A stretch of DNA of 64,000 nucleotides from an uncultured bacterium (lineage in GTDB: Bacteria; Patescibacteriota; Minisyncoccia; Phycocordibacterales; GWA1-40-21). The translations under genes and the position numbers were made by a program. The DNA lies in contig CAIKXE010000011.1 of the NCBI GenBank assembly GCA_903831305.1, forward strand, positions 12,002 to 76,001, read 5' to 3'. Below are positions 21,235-30,216 of this stretch, piece by piece. The notes beneath the pieces are model-generated. The model was not told the DNA's origin, searched no databases, and saw only the letters and a list, made by a program, of their open reading frames with translations. The stretch's first letter is position 1, and every line of letters begins with the position of its first letter.

Positions 21235-22146
21235 ATGTACAGGAAAGGTGTCTCAGCGCTTATAATCAACAATAAGAACGAGTTTCTTTTAGTTAATTTA
21301 GAATCTTTTGAGGATAAGTATTTTGCAATTCCCGGCGGTGGAGTTGAACTAGGAGAGACTTTAGAAAACGCAGTATATCGAGAGATACATGAAGAGTTGA
21401 GCATAGAGAAAAAATCTCTTCAATTTGTAGGGCAAAGTGATATTCCTGTTAGATTTAAATTCAAGTTAATAAAAATGATTCGTGACGATAAGGATTATGA
21501 AGGGTCAGAACGATATTTTTTTGGATTCTGCTTTGTTGGAGATAATAATGAAATTAAACCGAAAAAAGGAGAGGTTAGATTTTATAAGTGGATACCCCTT
21601 ATACAGTTGAAAGACTATTTACTTTTTGATGGGCAATTAAAAGATACTCAAGAAAAAATAAAAGAAATATTTTCTGACCTGCAACAAATTCAAACAGGAG
21701 ATAAAAAAATGGAAACTGTTCTCCAGTGCGTTATAGATGTATCAGAGAAAACCTTGAAAGAGATGGCGGAAACTTTAGGAATGTCTTGGGTTAATCCACG
21801 AGTTACTGATACATTCTATCCTTTCCGGGATTCGTTCTTAGGAAAGTGGAAGGTTGAAGTGCAAAGACTTCGAAGAAAGGAGAAATTCGAGGAAATTGTA
21901 CGGGCGACCAGAGAAGACAATTGGCAGCCAGCGACTATTTATCACCTTCTAACCCTTCTCACTTCACCAGATAGTAAGCATCTATCTGGGTCATTTATGG
22001 CACCGGGATCCTTGTGTATAGATGACTTTGAATATCCGGGGTGTGTTGTGTTAAGTATAAAGGGTGAGGACAAAAAGATAGGCCTCGGTAATTGGAGAGG
22101 TTCTAAAATTGGTGGTTATGATGTCGTAAGGGTGAAGAGAGAGTAA
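21235..22146 (+). CDS. NUDIX hydrolase fused to an unknown C-terminal domain
   Basis: PGGGVELGETLENAVYREIHEE; internal AGGAG plus in-frame ATG at 21709. Confidence 0.8.
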   Translation: MYRKGVSALIINNKNEFLLVNLESFEDKYFAIPGGGVELGETLENAVYREIHEELSIEKKSLQFVGQSDIPVRFKFKLIKMIRDDKDYEGSERYFFGFCFVGDNNEIKPKKGEVRFYKWIPLIQLKDYLLFDGQLKDTQEKIKEIFSDLQQIQTGDKKMETVLQCVIDVSEKTLKEMAETLGMSWVNPRVTDTFYPFRDSFLGKWKVEVQRLRRKEKFEEIVRATREDNWQPATIYHLLTLLTSPDSKHLSGSFMAPGSLCIDDFEYPGCVVLSIKGEDKKIGLGNWRGSKIGGYDVVRVKRE

Positions 22147-22222
22147 GCCGTAATTATAAATGATGGGGAATGGGAGATAACTCCATAATGATTTTTCACC
22201 AGATTTTAATATAAAATATTAT

Positions 22223-22723
22223 ATGAATGATTCATCACACACAATTCTTATACCATATCAACCGTCCTGGAAAGATAAGTTTGAGGTAGAGAAGATAAAA
22301 ATTAAAGATATATTTGGCGATAAAGCTATTGCCGTTGAGCATATCGGTAGTACCTCGATTCCTGGTCTTTCGGCAAAACCAATTATTGATATTGCCGTGA
22401 TGATAGAAAATCATAAAGAAGCCGATGTTTTTACTGGATTATTAGATAAAATAAATTATCGATTTGATTCATTCAGCACCGAGAGACACTTTTATACCAA
22501 AGGTGATCCCATAGAATATCATCTCTCTATTGCCTATAAAGATAAGGGTGGTTTTTGGGAAAGGCAGATTTTATTTAGAGATTATTTAAGAAATCACTCA
22601 GATTTACGGGGTGAATATCAAAAATTAAAAGAAGATTTACTTAAAAATGATCCAACCGGTAAAGACATGTATATTAGTGGTAAAACTGAGTTTATAAAAA
22701 AAATCTTAGACTTGTGTAAATAA
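22223..22723 (+). CDS. GrpB-family nucleotidyltransferase-fold protein
   Basis: EHIGSTSIPGLSAKPIIDI, FRDYLR, Y..GKTEFI. Confidence 0.9.
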   Translation: MNDSSHTILIPYQPSWKDKFEVEKIKIKDIFGDKAIAVEHIGSTSIPGLSAKPIIDIAVMIENHKEADVFTGLLDKINYRFDSFSTERHFYTKGDPIEYHLSIAYKDKGGFWERQILFRDYLRNHSDLRGEYQKLKEDLLKNDPTGKDMYISGKTEFIKKILDLCK

Positions 22724-22741
22724 TATGATATCATCCAATAT

Positions 22742-23410
22742 ATGAAGGAATCTTTAATAAATAAATTAATTCTAATCTCTAAGAATCGGCAAGTAAAAAA
22801 TGATCCATCTCATGACTTTCAACATGTTCAGCGAGTATTAAATCTTGCTGTTGAGATTGGTAAAAAAGTTGAAGCAGATCTTGATATTGTCATTCCTGCG
22901 GCCTTATTTCATGATACGGTTGTTTATCGTAAAGACAGTCCGAAGAGTAAATATGAGACCGATGAAAGTGCTGAAGTTGCTGGTCATATTTTAAAAAAGA
23001 TTCGCGAGTATCCAAAAGAAAAAATCGAAAAAGTAAAGATCTGTATTAGACAGTGTTCTTTTTCTAAGGGTATTATTCCTGATATTTTGGAGTCAAAAGT
23101 ATTACAGGATGCTGATATGCTTGAATCTACTGGAGCCATATCAATTATGCGTACTTTTTCGTCCGGTGGACAAATGAATCGTCCATTCTATGATTTAAAT
23201 GATCCTTTTTGCAAAAAAGGTTTATTCGGAGTACACTCAGGATTGTGGTTGTTTTATAAAAGGTTGTTACTTGTTGAAAAAAGAATGCATACAAAATTTG
23301 CTAAAAAGATAGCAAAAAGAAGGACTAATTTTCTGATAACTTTTCTAGATGAATTTAAAAAAGAGCTTATTGAAACCGAAATAATTTATGAAAAAAGAAG
23401 ATCTAGATAA
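22742..23410 (+). CDS. HD-domain phosphohydrolase (YedJ-like)
   Basis: SHDFQHVQRV, AALFHD, LQDADML..TGA..I.R.F. Confidence 0.9.
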   Translation: MKESLINKLILISKNRQVKNDPSHDFQHVQRVLNLAVEIGKKVEADLDIVIPAALFHDTVVYRKDSPKSKYETDESAEVAGHILKKIREYPKEKIEKVKICIRQCSFSKGIIPDILESKVLQDADMLESTGAISIMRTFSSGGQMNRPFYDLNDPFCKKGLFGVHSGLWLFYKRLLLVEKRMHTKFAKKIAKRRTNFLITFLDEFKKELIETEIIYEKRRSR

Positions 23411-24263
23411 CACTGGTAATCTGTGTGATAAATTGGACCTTGTTGGAGAAAACAGACGGCAGGATGCTGAAAAAATTATAAAAATAGTAGAACACGAAAA
23501 GGAATCGTGGAATAATATATTTGAGGAGGAATTAAAAAATATAGATAATGTAAATTATTTATCTTACTGGTGGAGTGATCATTATTGCCAGATTGTAGAA
23601 TATATAGATAAATCCATAAAGTTTAAATGTACACCATCAATTTTGGAAGCTGGGTGTGGCTCTGGTCAATCAACTCTTCAGTTGTCAACAAAAACAAAGT
23701 TGATATCACTTTTGGATATTTCACCAGTTGCACTTGATTTAGCTAAAAAACTTTCAAAAATATACAATAAAAATAATGTCGAATTTATAGAGGGTAATAT
23801 TTTATCTATGCCATTTAAAGACAAGGAATATGATCTTACCTGGAATATTGGCGTTTTGGAGCATTACGATAAAACATTGATTCCTTATTTGCTAAAGGAA
23901 ATGATTAGGGTAACAAAAGATGGTGGTTATATAGCAATAGGAATACCTAATCCAAAGTCTTTGGCTATAAAAAAAGCTAAATTTCTCGCAAACGAGAAGT
24001 TAAAAAATCTTTTAAAATTTATCCCTGGTTATAGACTAGATACTGAAAATTTATATTCAGCTAAAGAGGTAGAAGAGATTCTTTTTGAAGTTAGTAGAAA
24101 AATAGGGCTTAAATTAAGTGAAATAAAAGTAACCCACGTAGGTAGTCCTTTGTTAGTGTGGTCTCCTAAATTTCTTATTAAGTTTTTTAAAATTTTTGAA
24201 AAATTTGAATTTATAAAAAAAAGAAAGTTTCTAATATTGATAATTGCTAAAATTAATTATTAA
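23388..24263 (+). CDS. class I SAM-dependent methyltransferase
   Basis: ILEAGCGSG, LDIS, GNIL.MPF, GVLEH, EMIRVTKDGG; overlaps the upstream HD gene. Confidence 0.9.
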   Translation: MKKEDLDNTGNLCDKLDLVGENRRQDAEKIIKIVEHEKESWNNIFEEELKNIDNVNYLSYWWSDHYCQIVEYIDKSIKFKCTPSILEAGCGSGQSTLQLSTKTKLISLLDISPVALDLAKKLSKIYNKNNVEFIEGNILSMPFKDKEYDLTWNIGVLEHYDKTLIPYLLKEMIRVTKDGGYIAIGIPNPKSLAIKKAKFLANEKLKNLLKFIPGYRLDTENLYSAKEVEEILFEVSRKIGLKLSEIKVTHVGSPLLVWSPKFLIKFFKIFEKFEFIKKRKFLILIIAKINY

Positions 24264-24269
24264 AATATC

Positions 24270-25727
24270 GTGGCAAACTATTTCAACAAATTTATTAAAA
24301 TTGCAGAAATTAATAAAGATAATGTTGCTATTATCTATCCTATTTATAAAGATGGGATAAATAATGGATGTATAAAATATTTATATATAGATATAATCAA
24401 TCATATTCTATCAGCCGGGCCTATTATCTATAAAACAAATATTAAAAAAAATCCTGTTGGCTTATTTATTCCGAACCATCCATTATTTACGTCTGCACTT
24501 ATTAGCGTCTTATCGCAGGATTTTATTGCCGTTCCGATTAATCCAAAATCAACAAAGGAAATAATTTTAAAAATAATATCTGATAATAATTTAGACGTAA
24601 TTATTACTGATAATCATTATTATCAATATTTGATTGGTATCTGTTCCACTAATCAGGTTATTCTAAAAATAGGTGATATAATTTCGACACCTTCTTTTCA
24701 AAAAATCCCTAAAAGTCAGAAAAAATCTGGTGATATTGCAATTATCTCTTACACCAGTGGTACCTCAGGTAACCCCAAAGGGGCATTAATTACAAACAAG
24801 AATATACTATTTGTAACAATGAAATACTGTAGTATCTATCGTCTTGATAAAAACAGCCATGTATTAGCTGCTCTGCCTCTTTGGCATAATTACGGGACAT
24901 TTGATGTTTTGCTGGATACACTCATTAGTGCAGGAACTATTGTCTTAATGGATGATTGGGTAAGTAAAAAAGCGATTGATATAATACATAAGTACAAAAT
25001 TTCTGTATTTCCTGGTTTCCCATTTATGTTTATGGATATTGTTAATGATGATTCCAGAGAATTAGATTTTTCAACTTTAAAAGTTTGCGAGTCAGGCGGA
25101 TCTGGATTACCTCGCAGATATATTGAGCGGTTTAAGAAAAAGACAGGTATAGTTATAACTGAAGGTTACGGTTCAGCAGAAACCACGTCTCTTACACATA
25201 TAAATAATCTAACTGAGACCAGAAGAGCTGGAAGTATTGGTGAAAATATTCCTGAAGCTTTCTGTAAAATACTAGACCAAGGGGGGAGGAGAGTTAAAAC
25301 TGGTGAATGTGGAGTATTGTGGGTTCGTGGTCCAATGGTTTGTAAAGGTTATTCTAATCTTAAGTCAAACAGTTTTAATGGAAAATGGTTTAATACTGGG
25401 GATATTGCTTGTCTTGATTCGAACAATAATTATTGTGTCGTCGGTAGATTAGATAATACTAAAAAGGTTGATACTGATATTGACTCATATTCAACCAGCG
25501 TCGGGGAAATTTTGTACGAATTTGATGGCTTAATTAAATTTAACATTAAAAAAAAGGCAGGAAATAATTTAGATTATTTGTACGTTGTTTTAAAAGATAA
25601 TAGACGAAGAGCTGATTTCAGAGATTTTTTGAAAAGTAAATTTGATAAAGGTAGGTTCTACAAAATAGTTTTTGTAAAAGATATTCCAATCACGGCAACT
25701 GGTAAAATTAAGCATAGTCTTTCTTAA
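24270..25727 (+). CDS. adenylate-forming (AMP-binding) enzyme 1
   Basis: YTSGTSGNPKG, EGYGSAET, FNTGD, TATGK; degenerate A8 hinge; GTG start. Confidence 0.9.
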   Translation: MANYFNKFIKIAEINKDNVAIIYPIYKDGINNGCIKYLYIDIINHILSAGPIIYKTNIKKNPVGLFIPNHPLFTSALISVLSQDFIAVPINPKSTKEIILKIISDNNLDVIITDNHYYQYLIGICSTNQVILKIGDIISTPSFQKIPKSQKKSGDIAIISYTSGTSGNPKGALITNKNILFVTMKYCSIYRLDKNSHVLAALPLWHNYGTFDVLLDTLISAGTIVLMDDWVSKKAIDIIHKYKISVFPGFPFMFMDIVNDDSRELDFSTLKVCESGGSGLPRRYIERFKKKTGIVITEGYGSAETTSLTHINNLTETRRAGSIGENIPEAFCKILDQGGRRVKTGECGVLWVRGPMVCKGYSNLKSNSFNGKWFNTGDIACLDSNNNYCVVGRLDNTKKVDTDIDSYSTSVGEILYEFDGLIKFNIKKKAGNNLDYLYVVLKDNRRRADFRDFLKSKFDKGRFYKIVFVKDIPITATGKIKHSLS

Positions 25728-25818
25728 ATATTAGCTAATATATAATTGTGGGCTGGTCAGCTTTTTTAAAGAGTAAAATTTAGTGTTTAACTTAAGGACG
25801 CATACTTGTGCGTGTGTG

Positions 25819-25872
25819 TTGAATAAATATGCATTGTATGTTATATTATAAACTATTAAGTTTAATAGTTTA
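25819..25872 (+). promoter_or_regulatory. sigma70-type promoter with a palindromic operator-like site
   Basis: TTGAAT(25819)-17 nt-TATATT(25842) with extended TG; perfect inverted repeat TAAACTATTAA-GT-TTAATAGTTTA at 25849-25872. Confidence 0.55.
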
Positions 25873-25884
25873 AATTAGTAAATT

Positions 25885-27357
25885 ATGTATTTAATATCAC
25901 AGACAACAGGTATAACAACGTTATTAATTTTTGGATTAGTAATGATAGTCATTGTTTATTTTCTGACAAGAAAGCAATTTAACTCCAAAGATGCTTTCTT
26001 GGTGGCAAGACGTGAGGTTGGCTGGCTTCGTGGATCCTTAAGTATTGCTGTAAGTTGGATCTGGGCCCCAGCAGTTTTTATCGCTTCAATGCAGGCCTAC
26101 AATCAAGGTATAGCTGGAGCTTTCTGGTTTATTGTACCTAATGTTGTCTGTTTTTTTGTTTTTGCACCTTTGGCGATTAGGTTAAGGAGGTTTTTACCAG
26201 AAGGATATACCTTGCCGCAGTTTATTTTAAAAAGGTATGATAATGATAAAAAAACTCATTTAGCTTTTCTGGTACTATTTTTTGGTTATCAATTAGGTGC
26301 AATTATTATTAACACATTAGCTGCCGGAGTCTTGTTAAATGCTTTGACTGGCATCAGTTTTTATCTTGTCGTCTCATTGATAATGGTTTTGGTATTAATA
26401 TATGCAATAATGAGTGGTTTAGAGGCTTCAATAATTACTGATGTTATTCAAATGGCAATGGTTCTGCTATTTTGTTTTATTCTAGTCCCGTGGGTAATTA
26501 TAAAAGCCGGTGGCTTTTCTGCAGTTACTGGAGGGTTTGGTGGTATAACTGGAATGTTTGGTAATGTGTTTAACCCTTGGATTGCCTATTCCTTTGGTAT
26601 AGCCACAACACTAAGCTTAATCTCTGGTCCAATTGGTGATCAAATGTTTTTTCAGAGAGTTTATGCTTCAAAAAAAGAGCAAATTGTTAAAACTTTTGTC
26701 GCTGGCGGTTTAATTTTTGGATTAGTTCCAACTATCTTGTGTCTCTTAGGTTTTATCGCAGCCAATCCACATTTTAGTTCCCTTATTACCGTTGCAGATC
26801 CTCAAATGGTGGGACCAGTTGTTATTGGTTATTTCTTACCAAAGATAGCATTAGTGGCGTTCCTTTTTATGGCCTTTGCAGCTTTGGCATCCACTATTGA
26901 TAGTGCATATTGTGCGATAAGTTCATTAGGTACAATAGATATTTATAGAAAATATTTTAATCCGGAAGCTAGTGATAGACAATTGCTAAGTATGTCACGT
27001 AAGGTCATGTTGGCTATGGCACTACTTGGTACTGGAATAGCCCTACTTCAACCTAAGCTTTTATGGGTCTTCTTAATTTATGGTGCTTTAGCATCAGCCG
27101 GTTTTTTCCCAACAGTTTTCAGTCTATATTGGAAAAAATTAAACAAACAAGGAGTGTTTTGGGCAGTTACGCTTTCTTTAATTATCGGTTTACCTCTTTC
27201 GATATATGCCAATATTACAGAGAATGTGAACCTTATTGTGTTGGCGTCAATATTAAGTGTGGTTATCGGATTAATTACTTGTTTGATAGCTGGTTTCTTA
27301 AATAAAAAAACTGTATACAACTTTGCAAGTGGTGAAATCGAGGCAGTTGTCGAATAA
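25885..27357 (+). CDS. sodium:solute symporter (SSS) family transporter
   Basis: About 13 hydrophobic helices; FLVARR, SWIWA, GYTLPQF, GLEASIITDVIQ, STIDS. Confidence 0.9.
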   Translation: MYLISQTTGITTLLIFGLVMIVIVYFLTRKQFNSKDAFLVARREVGWLRGSLSIAVSWIWAPAVFIASMQAYNQGIAGAFWFIVPNVVCFFVFAPLAIRLRRFLPEGYTLPQFILKRYDNDKKTHLAFLVLFFGYQLGAIIINTLAAGVLLNALTGISFYLVVSLIMVLVLIYAIMSGLEASIITDVIQMAMVLLFCFILVPWVIIKAGGFSAVTGGFGGITGMFGNVFNPWIAYSFGIATTLSLISGPIGDQMFFQRVYASKKEQIVKTFVAGGLIFGLVPTILCLLGFIAANPHFSSLITVADPQMVGPVVIGYFLPKIALVAFLFMAFAALASTIDSAYCAISSLGTIDIYRKYFNPEASDRQLLSMSRKVMLAMALLGTGIALLQPKLLWVFLIYGALASAGFFPTVFSLYWKKLNKQGVFWAVTLSLIIGLPLSIYANITENVNLIVLASILSVVIGLITCLIAGFLNKKTVYNFASGEIEAVVE

Positions 27358-27358
27358 A

Positions 27359-28336
27359 ATGAAAAAAATTCTTTTGATAGGTCTAGGCGGTACAATAGCT
27401 TGTTCGGCCACTAAAGAAGGTTTAGTCCCGATGTATTCGCCTGAAAGGTTTCTTTCTCAAGAACCCAGACTTTTAACGGTTGCTCATATAAAGACTATTC
27501 AGTTGATGATGAGGACCATTATCTACCCTAAGGACTGGATAACTATTGCCAAATTCATATCAAAGTCCGTTAAAGATTTTGATGGTTTTGTGATAACGAT
27601 GGGAACAGATACTCTAGCTTATACTTCCTCGATGTTGTCTTTTATGCTTAGAAGTATCAATAAACCTGTAATTATAACCGGGGCCATGATTCCGATCGAG
27701 AAGGAAAATTCTGATGCTAGGAAAAATCTGATAGACAGCGTTATATTCGCCTGTGAACCAACCTCAGGAATTTTTGTTGTCTTTAATGGTAACGTTATCA
27801 GGGGGTGCCGAGCGTCCAAAGTGTCTGGAGTAGAAATTGACGCGTTTAAGAGTATTAATTTTCCTTTGATCGCAAAGATTATTAATGGACAAGTCAAATA
27901 TGATTTATCAATAAAAGAAGAAATTAGAGAAAATAATAAACTCTCTTTAGAGGTAAAAATCGATACAAAAGTATTGGATATTAAGCTTACCCCACAGGTA
28001 GAGCCAGATTTATTTGGGAAGCTTTTAGGTTACAAAGGTTTTGTAATTGAAGGGTATGGTGACGGCAATATATCTGATAATTTAATTCCAGTGATTATAA
28101 AACTAATTAAGGGAGGGAAAGTGGTAGTTTTAGCGTCTCAATGTGCTTACGGCCATGTAGAGCATAAATATAGAGGTGGTCTTATGGCGGTGAAGAATGG
28201 TGCAATTTCGGTCAGAGACATGACTAAGGAAAGTGCCCTTACTAAATTGATGTGGTGTATGGGAAAGACGAAGAATGTAAAAACCATAGGTAATATGATG
28301 ACTAGTAATATGTGCGGCGAAATTAAGATAATATAA
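27359..28336 (+). CDS. type I L-asparaginase/glutaminase-like amidohydrolase
   Basis: GGTIA, GTDTLAYT, KPVIITGA, SDARKN, ASK, GYGDGN, DMTKESALTKL; start set at MKKILL. Confidence 0.9.
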   Translation: MKKILLIGLGGTIACSATKEGLVPMYSPERFLSQEPRLLTVAHIKTIQLMMRTIIYPKDWITIAKFISKSVKDFDGFVITMGTDTLAYTSSMLSFMLRSINKPVIITGAMIPIEKENSDARKNLIDSVIFACEPTSGIFVVFNGNVIRGCRASKVSGVEIDAFKSINFPLIAKIINGQVKYDLSIKEEIRENNKLSLEVKIDTKVLDIKLTPQVEPDLFGKLLGYKGFVIEGYGDGNISDNLIPVIIKLIKGGKVVVLASQCAYGHVEHKYRGGLMAVKNGAISVRDMTKESALTKLMWCMGKTKNVKTIGNMMTSNMCGEIKII

Positions 28337-28340
28337 ATAT

Positions 28341-28982
28341 ATGAGATTGTATTTATCATCATTTAAAATAGGAAATCACCCAGAGAGATTAGCTGATTTA
28401 ACTGATGGTGGTAAGAAAGCGGTCTTTATCGTTAATGCTTTGGATTATAAGTTGGAATCTCGAAATAAATTTTTAGCAAGCGAAATCCAAATGCTTGGTG
28501 AGTTAGGTTATGATGTTGAAGAATTGGATTTGAGGATGTGGTTTGGCAAGAAAGAAAAAGATCTTGAAGAATATCTAAGAACAAAGAATCTCGTTTGGGT
28601 TAATGGAGGGAATTCCTTCTTACTTAGAAGAGCTATGAAACAAAGTGGGTTTGATAAAATTATAACTAAGCTTCTGAAAGAGGACGTGATTGTTTATGCC
28701 GGCTTTAGTGCCGGATGTGCTGTCCTTCATAAGGATTTGCACGGAATTGATATAACTGATGATCCATACATCTTAGCCGAAGGATATCATAAGAATGTTG
28801 AATGGGTGGGTCTCGATATTATTGATTTCAATATTGTGACTCATTTTGATTCTAATCAGAATGAGTCAGACGAGTCCAGAAAGGAGATGAAATTTTATAA
28901 AGATAATAATATACCATTTAAGACATTACGTGACGGTGAGGTCTTAATCGTTAATGGCAAAAATGTAGAAATAATAAAATAA
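28341..28982 (+). CDS. peptidase E (S51, class I glutamine amidotransferase-like)
   Basis: MRLYLSS, VNGGNSFLL, YAGFSAG (nucleophile Ser), VTH, LRDGE. Confidence 0.85.
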   Translation: MRLYLSSFKIGNHPERLADLTDGGKKAVFIVNALDYKLESRNKFLASEIQMLGELGYDVEELDLRMWFGKKEKDLEEYLRTKNLVWVNGGNSFLLRRAMKQSGFDKIITKLLKEDVIVYAGFSAGCAVLHKDLHGIDITDDPYILAEGYHKNVEWVGLDIIDFNIVTHFDSNQNESDESRKEMKFYKDNNIPFKTLRDGEVLIVNGKNVEIIK

Positions 28983-28983
28983 T

Positions 28984-30216
28984 ATGAGATACATAGTTAC
29001 CAAAAATAAACAGATAAAAAAAAGAATGCGCTCTTTTAACGAATATTATTCATTATTAAGAGAGGCAATAGTTAGCGGTAATCTCAAAAGTTCATTAGAC
29101 CGTGGTGCTTTTACGCATCCAAAACAAATCTTAAATCGTGAAATTATAAATTCTCTTGGTCTAAAAAGACATAGGATTTCTTTAGGTTATGGTCAAGAGG
29201 TTGGAGAAGATATCGTCAGAGAAAAGATTGTCGAACGAGAGAATCTTATTCATGGTACAGATTATAATCTAGAAAATGTAACGGTGGTTGCTGGGGCATG
29301 GTTTGGTGTTGAGGTTGTTATTGAGGAAATTACACAAAAATATGCAAATAAGAAACCAAAAATTGCTGTAATTGGCCCCACTCATTATCAGTTGTTCCAA
29401 AGACCAATTGAAGTCCTCGGTTTGGAGGTAATAGGTTTTGACTTCGTAAATTTTAAAGGTAGTACTCCTAAGACAAAGGAAGAAATTGATCAGATATTAA
29501 AATGTAAGCCAAACGTTGTTTTTGTTACTAATCCTAATAATCCAATTGGAGAATATTTTCCATCAAATTTACTTAGGTATCTTATCTCAACATGTAAAAA
29601 GAGGAAAATATTTGTCATTATTGATGAAATGCAGAATTTTTTAGCTACAGATGGTAAAGGAATAAATTATGGAAAATGGATAAAAGCTAAAAATGTTATC
29701 CGTATAGATTCTTTTTCAAAGCATTATGCTTTGGCAGAATATCGCGTTGGATGGGTTATTGCTGATAAAAGTATTATTGGTAGCAGATATACTGGAATCA
29801 CACAACATGTAAGAGGCTTGATGGGTAATGCTCCAAGGGCCGCGAATGATGCCATTGTAAAATTATTAGACTTTGAGATAAACGAGATTAGAAATAAAAT
29901 AGAGCATCCTCTGGGACGAAGAATTAAGCTGTTGTATAAAAAAGAGGATTTTATAATTAAACTTCTTTCTAAGAACCCAAGAATAGAAATAATACATAGA
30001 GATGCCTGTTTTAATTTGACCGTCAGAATAAAAGACTTTCCAAGTGATATAGAAATGTCGAGACGATTGATGAACCGTGGTACTCTAATTATGCCATGCA
30101 CTGGTTATGGGTATCGAACTGAGGACGTGGTTATGAGGATAACTTTTGCGGAAAGATGGAGTAGAATAAAGCATTCCATGGCAGTTCTGACTAGTATATT
30201 GAATGAAAAAAAATGA
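28984..30216 (+). CDS. PLP-dependent class I/II aminotransferase-fold enzyme
   Basis: NPNNPIG, IIDE, SFSK (Schiff-base Lys), YRVGW, MRITFA. Confidence 0.9.
   Translation: MRYIVTKNKQIKKRMRSFNEYYSLLREAIVSGNLKSSLDRGAFTHPKQILNREIINSLGLKRHRISLGYGQEVGEDIVREKIVERENLIHGTDYNLENVTVVAGAWFGVEVVIEEITQKYANKKPKIAVIGPTHYQLFQRPIEVLGLEVIGFDFVNFKGSTPKTKEEIDQILKCKPNVVFVTNPNNPIGEYFPSNLLRYLISTCKKRKIFVIIDEMQNFLATDGKGINYGKWIKAKNVIRIDSFSKHYALAEYRVGWVIADKSIIGSRYTGITQHVRGLMGNAPRAANDAIVKLLDFEINEIRNKIEHPLGRRIKLLYKKEDFIIKLLSKNPRIEIIHRDACFNLTVRIKDFPSDIEMSRRLMNRGTLIMPCTGYGYRTEDVVMRITFAERWSRIKHSMAVLTSILNEKK

Noticed and set aside
28984-30216. CqsA/LqsA-type autoinducer synthase
   Set aside because: Motifs (NPNNP, SFSK, RVGW) are aspartate-aminotransferase-like rather than the alpha-oxoamine synthase pattern
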